The notes: generated from the sequence alone by a model not told the origin. Counted from the stretch's first letter, positions 43,815 to 53,176 are shown. The stretch: 64,000 nucleotides of DNA from Thermoanaerobaculia bacterium (GCA_963719225.1 CAVRAY010000001.1:3712001-3776000); one strand, 5' to 3'. Translations and numbers: made by a program.

Positions 43815-44233
43815 GGCTTTCGGTCCTCCTGGATACGGGTCCTCTCGTCGCATTCATCGACCGCCGAGAGCCCTTCAACGAGTGGAGCCGCCGAGTTTTC
43901 GAGCGGATCGACTCGCCTCTCCTGACCTGCGAGGCGGTGCTCACGGAGGCGTGCTTTCTCGTCCGGCACGTGAAGCGCGGGGCGGAGGCCGTGCTCGGAC
44001 TCGTCGAGAAGGGGTTCGTTTCCCCGATTTTCCGACTGAACGAGGAGGCGGGGGCCGTTCGCCGGCTGATCGACCGCTACGCGAGCGTTCCGATGTCGCT
44101 GGCCGATGCTTGTCTTGTCAGGCTTTCCGAGACCCGGCCGGACTCCCTCGTGCTGACGCTCGACCGCGACTTCAGGCTCTACCGGCGACACCGCCTGGAG
44201 ATGATCCCCGTTCTCATGCCCGAAGGCCGTTGA
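43811..44233 (+). CDS. vapC: PIN-domain toxin
   Basis: LLDTGPLVA...EAVLTEACF...MSLADACLV...TLDRDF. Confidence 0.9.
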   Translation: MRLSVLLDTGPLVAFIDRREPFNEWSRRVFERIDSPLLTCEAVLTEACFLVRHVKRGAEAVLGLVEKGFVSPIFRLNEEAGAVRRLIDRYASVPMSLADACLVRLSETRPDSLVLTLDRDFRLYRRHRLEMIPVLMPEGR

Positions 44234-44239
44234 AAGCCC

Positions 44240-45406
44240 TTACACCTTCCAGTACCAGCCCTTCTTCTCGAAGCCGAGAAGAGCGACGTACCAGAACAGG
44301 ATCGTCACGAGCGCGAAGGCGTGCGAGCGCAGAGTCGGGTCCGCGATCCACGAGAACCCGCCGCGATAGAGCCATGCATGGAGCGTGACGACCTTGCCGG
44401 CCGCGTCCTTCCACTTGACGAGGCCGAACGTCTTCGCGAGAAGGCCGGAAAGGAAGAACACGAGGAGCGGGTTCGTTCCGAACGTGACGAAGAACGCGAA
44501 CGGCTTCTTCCATCCCAGGACGTCGACGAAAAAGAGGCAGATCGCGAGCGCCACGAGCGCGGCGCCGGACGTGAAGACCACGTACGAAGAGGTCCAGAGG
44601 TTCTTGTTGATCGGAAGAGTGCGCCCGAGGAGGAGGCCCGCCGCGGTCGCGACCGCTCCCCAGGCGAGGAGGCGGACGACCTTCTCCCGGACCGTCGCGG
44701 AGCCTTTCAGGAAAAAGCCCGTGAGCGTGCCCGTGAGCATCGTCGCGATCGCGGTGAGCGTCGAGACGATCCCCTCGGGATCCCAACCCTGCGCGTTCTT
44801 CCAGAGGTGGCCCTTCAGCACCGCGAGGTCCACGGCGCGCTGCACGTTCCCCTGCGGCGTGAGGTCGTATCCGGTTCCGAGGAGGATGAGCGTGTGGACG
44901 GCGAGAAGGAGGAAGACCGCCGCCCCCACGCCGAGGACGCGGCGGCGCCAAACGGCGAGCACGATCCACGTCCCGAGGACGAAGACGACGCCGATGCGCG
45001 GAAGGACGCCTGGGATCCGGAGACGCCCGAGGCGCTCGAAAAACGGAACGAACGGATAGAACGCCATCAACCAGCCCACGAGGACGATCGTCATGCCGCG
45101 GCGGAAGGCATGGCGCGCGAGGTCGAGGCGGTCCGCGCCCTGAGCCATGCGCTTTTCGAGCGAGAACACTCCCGCGACGCCGACGATGAACAGGAACCAC
45201 GGGAAGATCAGGTCGGTCGGCGTCCACCCGTTCCACTCGGCGTGGTCGAACGGCCAGTAGAGATGCGCCCAGTCCCCGGGGTTGTTGACGAAGATCATCC
45301 CCACGACCGTCAGGCCGCGAAACAGGTCGAGGGCCGCGAGGCGCCCGCCGCGCCCGCCGGAGGCGGGCGCAGGGGGAGGAGACGCGAGATTTTGCTGGCT
45401 CGTGAT
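44240..45406 (-). CDS. HGSNAT/NagX-like membrane acyltransferase (DUF5009 type); start codon apparently ATC
   Basis: RLAALDLFRG..V.GMIFVNNPG, HAEWNG.TPTDLIFPWFLF, DPEG, PINKNLWTSSY. The conserved N-terminal motif lies upstream of the first GTG (45304). Confidence 0.82.
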   Translation of the reverse strand: MTSQQNLASPPPAPASGGRGGRLAALDLFRGLTVVGMIFVNNPGDWAHLYWPFDHAEWNGWTPTDLIFPWFLFIVGVAGVFSLEKRMAQGADRLDLARHAFRRGMTIVLVGWLMAFYPFVPFFERLGRLRIPGVLPRIGVVFVLGTWIVLAVWRRRVLGVGAAVFLLLAVHTLILLGTGYDLTPQGNVQRAVDLAVLKGHLWKNAQGWDPEGIVSTLTAIATMLTGTLTGFFLKGSATVREKVVRLLAWGAVATAAGLLLGRTLPINKNLWTSSYVVFTSGAALVALAICLFFVDVLGWKKPFAFFVTFGTNPLLVFFLSGLLAKTFGLVKWKDAAGKVVTLHAWLYRGGFSWIADPTLRSHAFALVTILFWYVALLGFEKKGWYWKV

Positions 45407-45456
45407 GGAGGCATGTTAGAACGGAGCGCGACGACCTACAGTGGGGTTCGTGTGAG

Positions 45457-45548
45457 GATGTTTTTCTTAGAAGGTGAATGGGCCAGCGCCCCGGAACGGC
45501 GCGGTCCTTGCCCGATGCGATCGGCCCACTCACCCTTCGAAGAAAAGC
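45457..45548. repeat. Intergenic inverted pair of the recurrent AT-rich motif
   Basis: TTTTCTTAGAAGGTGAATGGGCC ... GGCCCACTCACCCTTCGAAGAAAA, ~24-bp imperfect inverted repeat. Confidence 0.75.
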
Positions 45549-45559
45549 GCCACCACCCG

Positions 45560-46729
45560 ATGCGCCGCCAAGGCAAGGTGCGCGCCGCCTTCGGAACAGC
45601 CCTATTAGAAAAATCTCTCTTCTTTCTTCTCCCTCTTCTTCTCCTCTCTTCGTGTACCACCATCCCCCCATCGCTTCACACGACGCCTCCCGCCGCGTCG
45701 CTCGCCCGCCGCGTCGCGAAGCTGGCGGCGGGCACCGGGGCGCGAATGGGAATCGTGGCGCTTCACGTCGAGAGCGGACGACGACTCGAGCTGAACGCCG
45801 CGGAGGAGTTCGAGGCCGCGAGCGTCATCAAGCTCGCCCTTCTGACCGAGGCGGTCGCCCTCGAGCACGAAGGACGCTTCGACCTGACCGACCGCTGGAA
45901 GCTGAACGCGAAAAGCGTGGCCGCGGGCTCGGGAATGCTCGACGAGTTCGACCCGGGCCTCACCCCCACGAATCGGGACCTGCTTCAGCTCATGATCGCG
46001 ATCTCCGACAACACGGCGGCCGACCGTTTCATCGATCTCTTCGGCGCGGAGGCGGTGAACGCGCGCATGGCGGCGCTCGGACTCGACGGCATCCGTCTCG
46101 TGGGCCGCATCCCGAGCAAGGGGCAGGAGCCCCGGAAATGGCCGCCCCTCGGCGTCATGACGCCTCGCGACACGGCGGAGTTCTACCGGCGCGTCGCGAC
46201 GCGCACGCTCCTCGATCCCGCGAGCGACCGTCTCCTCGCGAAGCTGCTCGCGACGCAGCACATGCGCGACCGCCTCCCCCGGCTGCTCCTCGACGAGTCC
46301 GGGACGTCATGGGCCGGCAAGACGGGCAGCTACGGGAGCGTGCGGAACGATTCGGGCATCCTCACGACCAAGAAGGGTCGCTTCGTCCTCGTCGCGTTCA
46401 CGGATCCTCTTCCCGACTCGGCGGGCTCGAGGGCCCGCGCGATTCGCGCGATGGGCGAAATCGCCGCGGCAGTCGTGAACGAGTGGTCCTCTTCGCTGCC
46501 CGATCTCGAGAGGGGGGGTGGAGCCTCCCCTTCCCCTGGTTCTCAGGCCTCCGGTTCCGCGAGCGGAGAGAACGCTCGCCGAGGCCCGCCTGGACCCCGA
46601 CGCCCTCCACCTCGACCGGGTCTTCCGCGACACGGATCGCCGTTTCTGGGATCTCTGGCGCGCCGCCGGTGGAGACGAGGCGGACGCCTGTCTCATCCCG
46701 ATGCCCAACTCCTGGTGGGAAGGGTATGA
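45560..46729 (+). CDS. Lipoprotein serine hydrolase of class A beta-lactamase fold (N-terminal part of a probable fusion)
   Basis: LLLSSC lipobox; SVIK (SxxK), SDN, KTG motifs. Sequence after the G7 tract at 46512-46518 looks non-coding in this frame. Confidence 0.82.
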   Translation: MRRQGKVRAAFGTALLEKSLFFLLPLLLLSSCTTIPPSLHTTPPAASLARRVAKLAAGTGARMGIVALHVESGRRLELNAAEEFEAASVIKLALLTEAVALEHEGRFDLTDRWKLNAKSVAAGSGMLDEFDPGLTPTNRDLLQLMIAISDNTAADRFIDLFGAEAVNARMAALGLDGIRLVGRIPSKGQEPRKWPPLGVMTPRDTAEFYRRVATRTLLDPASDRLLAKLLATQHMRDRLPRLLLDESGTSWAGKTGSYGSVRNDSGILTTKKGRFVLVAFTDPLPDSAGSRARAIRAMGEIAAAVVNEWSSSLPDLERGGGASPSPGSQASGSASGENARRGPPGPRRPPPRPGLPRHGSPFLGSLARRRWRRGGRLSHPDAQLLVGRV

Positions 46730-47204
46730 GCCGTTCAAGATCGAGCCGATCTCGGCCCTCGTCCTCCATCACACGTCGCAGGACACGGACGAGGAATGCA
46801 TCGCGCTCTTTCAGAAGCCCGAGAGCAAGGTCTCGTCGCATTTCCTCGTCGGCCGTGACGGCCGCCTCTTCCAGTTCGTCTCCCTCGAGCATCGCGCGTG
46901 GCACGCGGGAGCTTCGCTCCTCCACGGGCGCATGGCCTTGAACCGAACCACCGTCGGTGTCGAGATCACGGGTGACGGAAACCGGTATCCCTTCACGCCG
47001 GCCGAGGTCGAAACGGTCGTCCGGCTCGTCGGAGTTCTCACCGCGATGTTCCAGATCGACGCCCCGTGGATCGCCGGGCATCAGCACATCGCGCCCGATC
47101 GAAAGAACGACCCGGGCGCGCTCTTCCCGTGGAACGAGGTGGTGAGACGCGGACTCGCTCTCGCGCAGAAACTGAACGAACAGGCGGTTCGGTCCGCTCC
47201 TTGA
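46518..47204 (+). CDS. N-acetylmuramoyl-L-alanine amidase (Amidase_2/AmpD-like); probable C-terminal part of the fusion
   Basis: LVLHHT, VSSHFLV, RAWHAG, VGVE, GHQHIAPDRKNDPG. Confidence 0.85.
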   Translation: MEPPLPLVLRPPVPRAERTLAEARLDPDALHLDRVFRDTDRRFWDLWRAAGGDEADACLIPMPNSWWEGYEPFKIEPISALVLHHTSQDTDEECIALFQKPESKVSSHFLVGRDGRLFQFVSLEHRAWHAGASLLHGRMALNRTTVGVEITGDGNRYPFTPAEVETVVRLVGVLTAMFQIDAPWIAGHQHIAPDRKNDPGALFPWNEVVRRGLALAQKLNEQAVRSAP

Positions 47205-47241
47205 CGGGGGCGGGAACGGTTCGTTATAGGATTCACCGACC

Positions 47242-48117
47242 ATGCCCAGCCGGTTCTCCCGTCTCGACGACGCCGAGGCGTTGCGACGATTCGTGCGCGA
47301 TCTCCACGAGGGGATCTACGTCACGGACGGGGCCGGGCGGATCCTGGACGGCAACCCGGCCTTCCTCGCGATGCTCGGCGCCGCGTCGCTCGAGGACGCC
47401 CAGGGGATGACGAGCGGCGATTACATCGTGGAGGCATCGCGCCGGGAGGCCGAGCTCCTGGTTCTCGAGCGTGACGGTGCCGTCCGCGATTTCGAGCTCG
47501 AGATCCGGAGCCGGGACGGCGAGATCCGGACCGTCATCGACACGGCGTACCGCTGCGCCGACCACGAGACAGGAGAGATCTACTACCAGGGCATCCTGAT
47601 CGACATCACGGATCGCAAGCGCCTCGAAGAACGCCTTCTCGACCAGAGCCTGCGCGACCCCCTGACGGGCTGCTGGAACCGGCGCTTTCTCGCCGAGTTC
47701 GCCGCACGCCATGCCGACTCCGGCGGCAGCTGGGGCTGCATCATGGTCGACATCGACCATTTCAAGCAGTACAACGACGAATTCGGACACGAGGCGGGCG
47801 ATGCCGTCCTGAACCGGGTCGCGCGCTTTCTGATGCGCACGACGCGCGCCGAAGAATCCACGGTCCGGATGGGGGGCGACGAGTTCCTGCTGCTCCTCGA
47901 CGGCGTGGATGCCGCGGCCACCGAGAACACGAGCCAGCGACTCGTGTTCCTGGCCGACCGCGAGCTTCTCGTGCCTTTCTCGCTCGGATGGGCCGCCCGG
48001 GAGAACGGCGAGTCGCTCGAGAAGACGATCGCGCGGGCGGACCACAACCTCCTGCGGGCGCGCGGCCTCACGCGCTCGGGCGAGCGGCCGAAGCTGTTTC
48101 TCGCGCCGAGGAACTGA
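47242..48117 (+). CDS. PAS-GGDEF diguanylate cyclase
   Basis: PAS/PAC ending DITDRK, DPLTGCWNRR, DIDHFKQYND.FGH..GD, intact GGDEF. Confidence 0.92.
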   Translation: MPSRFSRLDDAEALRRFVRDLHEGIYVTDGAGRILDGNPAFLAMLGAASLEDAQGMTSGDYIVEASRREAELLVLERDGAVRDFELEIRSRDGEIRTVIDTAYRCADHETGEIYYQGILIDITDRKRLEERLLDQSLRDPLTGCWNRRFLAEFAARHADSGGSWGCIMVDIDHFKQYNDEFGHEAGDAVLNRVARFLMRTTRAEESTVRMGGDEFLLLLDGVDAAATENTSQRLVFLADRELLVPFSLGWAARENGESLEKTIARADHNLLRARGLTRSGERPKLFLAPRN

Positions 48118-48125
48118 GCGCGACG

Positions 48126-49265
48126 CTAGCCCGCAGACATCACGACGCCCAGGCCGGGCGCGTCGGGCAGAGACCAGCGGCCGTTCACGATCGAAAGACC
48201 CTTGAAGGGATCCTTCGCGAGAAGGAGATTTCCGTCGATGTCGAGCCAGTCGAAGAGCGGGCCCACGGCGACGCCCGCCGCGATGCCGAGCGACGATTCG
48301 ATCATGCAGCCGAGCATCAGCTTGAGGCCCAGGGCGCGCGCCACGGCCGTCATCTCGTAGACGCGCGTGATGCCTCCCGACTTCGCGAGCTTCAGGACGA
48401 CGCCGTCGAAGAGGCCCGCCTTCGCGGGAATGTCCGAGGCGTGGAGGACGCCTTCGTCTCCCAGGATCGGAAACGTCGCGAGGCCCTTGAGTTTCGCCAT
48501 CTCGCCGTCCATCGCCGCCGGCATGGGCTGCTCGAGGTAGACCGGCTTCACCGTGTTCAGCCAGGCGAGCTTCTTCTTCGTCACGTCCACGCTCGTCCAG
48601 CCTTCGTTCGCGTCCACGGTGATGGGTTTGTCGGTGACCGAACGGATCGCCGCGATGTTCTCCTCGTCGCTCGGAAGCCCGAGCTTGATCTTCAGCTTCG
48701 GAAACGCCGAGGCTTCGCGGACCTTCTGCTTCATCACCTCGGCGGTATCGATGCCGATCGAGAACGTGGTCACGGGCATGCGGCCCGTCGGGACTCCCAG
48801 GAGCTCGTGCACGGGGCGGTTCAGCCTCTTGCCCTTCCAGTCCCAGAGCGCGAGGTCCAGCGCGGCCACGACTTCGGTGTCCGGCCCCGCTTCCTTCTCG
48901 GCGCGCTCGAGCCACGTGAGGTGCTCCCAGGGGGAGAGGCCGGCGACGGCCCCTTTCACGCGGGCGAACGCCGCCTCCGACGTCTCGAAGCTCTGGTTCC
49001 AGCGCTTGTTCGCGGCAGCCTCGCCATAGCCGGTCACACCCTCGGCGCTCAGCGTGAGCAGGCCGTTCTTCTTCTCGTCGGACGAGCCGCGCGCGATCGT
49101 CCACGTGTGCGCGAGCTTGAGCGGGAGCGGAGCATAGGAGAGGGATACCGGGGACGGCGACGAACCAGAAGACGCCTCGGCGAAGAGCGCTTCGGGCAGC
49201 GCGGTCGCAGCTGCCGCGGCGGCCGACGAGAGGATGAGCGTGCGGCGGGAAAGAGTCTCGTTCAT
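48126..49265 (-). CDS. Tat-exported dipeptide epimerase (L-Ala-D/L-Glu epimerase-like, enolase superfamily)
   Basis: LSRRTLIL Tat signal; KIKLG, VDANEGW, EQP, DE, KLAKSGG, GCMIES, DIDG. Confidence 0.88.
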   Translation of the reverse strand: MNETLSRRTLILSSAAAAAATALPEALFAEASSGSSPSPVSLSYAPLPLKLAHTWTIARGSSDEKKNGLLTLSAEGVTGYGEAAANKRWNQSFETSEAAFARVKGAVAGLSPWEHLTWLERAEKEAGPDTEVVAALDLALWDWKGKRLNRPVHELLGVPTGRMPVTTFSIGIDTAEVMKQKVREASAFPKLKIKLGLPSDEENIAAIRSVTDKPITVDANEGWTSVDVTKKKLAWLNTVKPVYLEQPMPAAMDGEMAKLKGLATFPILGDEGVLHASDIPAKAGLFDGVVLKLAKSGGITRVYEMTAVARALGLKLMLGCMIESSLGIAAGVAVGPLFDWLDIDGNLLLAKDPFKGLSIVNGRWSLPDAPGLGVVMSAG

Positions 49266-49294
49266 GTCCCGGATTATGGTGTGAGAATCGAGCG

Positions 49295-51184
49295 ATGCGC
49301 GAACGAACGATGATGACCGCGAGCCGGGGCGCCGGCCTCCGCCGTCCGCCCGCGGGGCGAGGTCTCCTGGCCGCCGCCCTCCTCGCCCTTCTCTCCTTCG
49401 AAGAAAATCTTCTCTCCGCGTCTTCTCCCGTCTCACCTTCGCCGCCCAAGGCAGCCGTCGTCACGGCCGTCCAGGACCTTTTCATGCGACCCGACGAGAC
49501 CTCCCCCGTCGACGACCAGGTCATCCTCGGGGAGCGCGTCGAGATCCTCGAGGACGCCCCGGGCTTCGCGAAAGTGCGGACGGCCGCGGGCGAGGTCGCC
49601 TGGATTCCCGAGCGTGCGCTGCGTCGCGGCGAAGGCGCGGCGCGGGCGGGCGCGAAAGTCGCGCGCGTGACGTCGAACTTCGCCCACGTCTACGCGACTC
49701 CCTCGTTCACCGCGCAGAAGCCGCTCCTCACGGCTCCGATTGGCGCAACGATGGTTTTTTCGGATTTCTTGGAAGGTGAAGAGAAGGAGGCGACGGTCTA
49801 TTCGTGGGTTCGCATCGTCCTGCCAGACGGGCGCATCGGATTCATCGCGCGACCAGACGTCGCCCTCTTACCCTTCGAAGAATCTTCCTCTTTCTCTTCC
49901 TCTTCTCTTCCTCTCAAATTCCCTTCCGACTGGCTCGCGTTCGGCAGGCGCTTCCTCGGCGCGCCGTACACGTGGGGAGGCACGACGCCGCTCGGCTTCG
50001 ACTGCTCGGGCCTCGTGCAGAGGATCTTCAGGGAGCACGGCGTTCTGCTGAAGAGAAACAGCTTCGAGCAGGCCTTTCAGGACCCCCAGCTCGTCCCAGT
50101 CGCGTTCGAGAAGCTCCAGCCGGGCGACCTCCTGTTCTTCGGCACGGAAGACAAGCTCGACCACGAGGCGATCTGGGTCGGCGATGGGACGGTGCTGCAG
50201 TCGACGCGTCACAACGTGCCCGGCGTCCAGATCACTCCGTACGACAGCCCGTTTCTCAAGCCGCTCTTCCGCTATGCCCGAAGATTGAAGAGAGAAAACA
50301 AGATTTCTTCGAAAGGGGAAGAGTGGACGGGGCTCACGGACGCGAAGGTGCGAGCCCTGCGGAGCACGCTCGACGGAATCGCCGGCGCCAGCGGGGCGCG
50401 CTTCGGCATTTGGTTCAAGGACCTCGCCAGCGGTCTTTCCCTTTCGAAGAATCCCTCTCTGGTCATGCACGCCGCGTCCACGATGAAGACACCCGTGATG
50501 CTCGAGGTGCTCCGACGTGTGGACGAGGGGACGCTCTCGCTCTCGGACGAAGTGCCGGTCAAGAACGAGTTCAAGAGCCTCGTCGACGGCTCGCCGTTCT
50601 CGATCGAGCTCGAGGAGAACGACGCGCCGACGATGAAGAAGCTCGGCGGAAAAGCCACGCTCGACTTCCTCGTCACGGAAATGATCGTCCGCTCCTCCAA
50701 CCTCGCGACGAACGTGGTGCTTACGCTCGTCGGGCCTCGGAACGTCCAGGTGTTCACGGACGCGCTCGGCGCGCCCACGGTGAAGGTGCGGCGCTGCGTC
50801 GAGGATTCGAAGGCGTTCGAAAAGGGGCTCAACAACGAAACGGACGCGGCGGGCATGGGGACCGTGATGGAAGCCGCGGTGAGGTCGCCGAAGCTCTCGG
50901 CGGCGGCGAGAGCGAAGGCGTGGGAGATCCTCACCGGCCAGACGTTCCACGACGAAATCCCGGCGGGCCTTCATCCGCAGTCCGGCGCGGTGGTGGGCCA
51001 CAAGACGGGCAACATGTCCACCTCCCAGCACGACGCGGCCGTCGTCCGCCTTCCCGACGGACGTGAATACGTGCTCGTCCTCCTCGCGAACGACTTCGGG
51101 GCGAACGAAAAAGGACGGCGGAAGGCCATTGAGGCTGCGCGGAAGATGTCGCGTGCCGTCTGGGAGGCGATGATCGCGCCGTGA
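49295..51184 (+). CDS. Secreted SH3-NlpC/P60 (YkfC-like) peptidase fused to a class A beta-lactamase-fold serine hydrolase
   Basis: SH3b-like N-terminus, PYTWGG...DCSG...PGDLLFFG...H (NlpC/P60), then STMK, SSN, HKTG. Confidence 0.87.
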   Translation: MRERTMMTASRGAGLRRPPAGRGLLAAALLALLSFEENLLSASSPVSPSPPKAAVVTAVQDLFMRPDETSPVDDQVILGERVEILEDAPGFAKVRTAAGEVAWIPERALRRGEGAARAGAKVARVTSNFAHVYATPSFTAQKPLLTAPIGATMVFSDFLEGEEKEATVYSWVRIVLPDGRIGFIARPDVALLPFEESSSFSSSSLPLKFPSDWLAFGRRFLGAPYTWGGTTPLGFDCSGLVQRIFREHGVLLKRNSFEQAFQDPQLVPVAFEKLQPGDLLFFGTEDKLDHEAIWVGDGTVLQSTRHNVPGVQITPYDSPFLKPLFRYARRLKRENKISSKGEEWTGLTDAKVRALRSTLDGIAGASGARFGIWFKDLASGLSLSKNPSLVMHAASTMKTPVMLEVLRRVDEGTLSLSDEVPVKNEFKSLVDGSPFSIELEENDAPTMKKLGGKATLDFLVTEMIVRSSNLATNVVLTLVGPRNVQVFTDALGAPTVKVRRCVEDSKAFEKGLNNETDAAGMGTVMEAAVRSPKLSAAARAKAWEILTGQTFHDEIPAGLHPQSGAVVGHKTGNMSTSQHDAAVVRLPDGREYVLVLLANDFGANEKGRRKAIEAARKMSRAVWEAMIAP

Positions 51185-52101
51185 AGCGCGGCGTCCTTCT
51201 CGGCCTCCTCGTCCTCTACGTCGTCTGGGGCTCGACGTATCTCGCGATCCGGTTCGGGCTGGAGACGATTCCGCCGTTCGTGATGTCGGGCCTCCGTTAC
51301 GGCTGCGCAGGCGCCATCCTCCTCGCCTTCGCGAAGGTGCGGGGAGCTCCCGGCATCGAGGCCCGGGACTTCGTCCCCGCCTTCACGTGCGGCGCCCTGC
51401 TCCTCCTCTGTGGAAACGGCGGCGTCGTGTGGTCCGAGCAGCGAATCTCCTCCGGCCTCGCGGCCCTTCTCGTCGCCACCGAGCCCCTCTTCATCGTGCT
51501 CCTCAGGGCGGCTCCGCCCGAGCGGCATGCGCCGGGAGGCCGCGCTCTCTTCGGCACCGTCCTCGGGTTGTCGGGTGTCGCGCTTCTCCTCGGCCCCGCG
51601 CGGCTGGGCGGCCAGAGCATCGACCTTCTCGGAGCCGGGGCCGTGCTGTTCGCCGCGTTCGCATGGGCTCTCGGTTCCCTTCTCTCCCGGCGCTTCGCGC
51701 CGGCCGCGTCGCCGCTCCAGGCGACGGCGCTCCAGATGCTCGCGGGCGGAGTCTTGCTTCTCGCGGCGTCGGCGGCAACGGGCGAGTGGGGCCGGTTCTC
51801 GTTCGCGCAGGTCTCGGCGCGCTCTCTGGCGGCCGTTCTCTACCTCATGATCTTCGGCTCTCTCATCGGCTACACGATCTACGTCTGGCTCCTCCGCGTG
51901 GCCGACCCCTCGCGCGTCTCGACGTACGCGTTCGTGAACCCGGTGGTGGCGGTCTTTCTCGGCTGGGCGCTGGCCGACGAAGCGGTGACGCTGCGGATGC
52001 TCGTCGCAGCGGCCGTCATCGTGGCCGCGGTCGTTCTGATCACCCGCGGCGAAGCCCACGTGGCGCCTGAGATAAGATCTCAGCCACAAGATCGGAAATA
52101 G
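51181..52101 (+). CDS. EamA/YedA-like drug/metabolite transporter
   Basis: YVVWGSTYLAIR, SGLAAL, YAFVNPVVAV; 10 TMs. Confidence 0.9.
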   Translation: MKRGVLLGLLVLYVVWGSTYLAIRFGLETIPPFVMSGLRYGCAGAILLAFAKVRGAPGIEARDFVPAFTCGALLLLCGNGGVVWSEQRISSGLAALLVATEPLFIVLLRAAPPERHAPGGRALFGTVLGLSGVALLLGPARLGGQSIDLLGAGAVLFAAFAWALGSLLSRRFAPAASPLQATALQMLAGGVLLLAASAATGEWGRFSFAQVSARSLAAVLYLMIFGSLIGYTIYVWLLRVADPSRVSTYAFVNPVVAVFLGWALADEAVTLRMLVAAAVIVAAVVLITRGEAHVAPEIRSQPQDRK

Positions 52102-52110
52102 GAGAGTTCG

Positions 52111-52599
52111 ATGAAGAAGACCCTCGTGGGCTGTCTCCTCGTATGCCTCGCCCTTTCGGCCGGCGCCGTCCTTGCCGCGGACCCGGCGCCCCAGCACGGC
52201 CTGATGACCCTGGACAGCGCGTGGGTCAAGGCAATGCTCGCCAACGACGCCGCCGCATGCGCCGCTCTCTACGCGGACGACGCCGTCATGGTCCTACCCG
52301 GCTCCGGTGCGATCAAGGGCAAGAAGGCGATCGCGGATGCCTACGCGGGGTGGCTGAAGGACGTCAAGGTGACGGACGCCGCCGTCATGGATAATCACTA
52401 CCGGTCGGCCGGCCACCTCTCGACGGGCTGGGGCCACTGGAAGGTGACGACCGTGCCGAAGGCGGGCGGCGCGCCGACGACTGAAGTCGGGACGTGGTGC
52501 GCCGTCGCCGAGCAAAAAGACGGCGCCTGGAAATACGTCTCCGACCACGCCTCGGCCGACCCCCCTCCGCCGGCGGCGGCCGCTCCCCCGAAGAAGTAG
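52111..52599 (+). CDS. Secreted NTF2-like (DUF4440/SnoaL) protein
   Basis: Signal peptide; AALYADDAV...IKG...DGAWK...DH pattern. Confidence 0.8.
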   Translation: MKKTLVGCLLVCLALSAGAVLAADPAPQHGLMTLDSAWVKAMLANDAAACAALYADDAVMVLPGSGAIKGKKAIADAYAGWLKDVKVTDAAVMDNHYRSAGHLSTGWGHWKVTTVPKAGGAPTTEVGTWCAVAEQKDGAWKYVSDHASADPPPPAAAAPPKK

Positions 52600-52603
52600 A
52601 CCT

Positions 52604-53176
52604 CTACTCGATCGCCTCTCCGCCCTTCGCACGCGCGAGGTGGCCGAGGGCCCCGTCAGGCCACTCGAGCGCGCCGCGCGCCTGAGAGGAGAGCTTGCCC
52701 TCGGCGGTGAAGAACATCGTCTCCAGGGGCCGCTTGGAGTTCAGCTTCTGCGTCGTGTCGCCCTTGGGGTCGAGGACGAGCGCCGCCGGCTGGGGCGCGA
52801 CGAGCCCCTTCTGCTTCAGCCACGCGTCCACGGTCGCGAAGTCGGGGTCGTGCGCGATGAGGACGAATTCCACGCCGGGATCCGCCTTCATCTCTTCCTG
52901 CGTGCGGAAGATGCCCGCCAGCTCTTCGGCGGCTCCCGGCGTCGAGGTCGAGAAGAAATGGACGACGAGCGCCTTCCCCGGCCTGCCGACGAGGTTGCGC
53001 GTCTTTCCCTCCCGGGTCGTGACGTTCAGGCGGCCCCCGGCGTCGAGGTTCAGGATCCCGTGGTCGTGGTCCGGATGGGTCGCGGGCACGAGAGAGAGCC
53101 AGTAGGCCCACGCGAAGCCGGCGGCGAGGAGGGCGAGAGCTCCGAACAGAACGGCGCGGCGGCGAGACGGCGTCAT
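52604..53176 (-). CDS. Membrane-anchored thioredoxin-fold (TlpA-like) protein lacking CxxC
   Basis: N-terminal TM; GKALVVHFFSTSTPGAAEEL occupies the WCxxC position; DPKG...PLETMFF...G. Confidence 0.65.
   Translation of the reverse strand: MTPSRRRAVLFGALALLAAGFAWAYWLSLVPATHPDHDHGILNLDAGGRLNVTTREGKTRNLVGRPGKALVVHFFSTSTPGAAEELAGIFRTQEEMKADPGVEFVLIAHDPDFATVDAWLKQKGLVAPQPAALVLDPKGDTTQKLNSKRPLETMFFTAEGKLSSQARGALEWPDGALGHLARAKGGEAIE

Noticed and set aside
45560-51184. Calling the two SxxK/SxN/KTG domains antibiotic-resistance beta-lactamases
   Set aside because: The class A omega-loop ExxLN motif is not clearly present in the first and only loosely resembled in the second; the context points to peptidoglycan metabolism.
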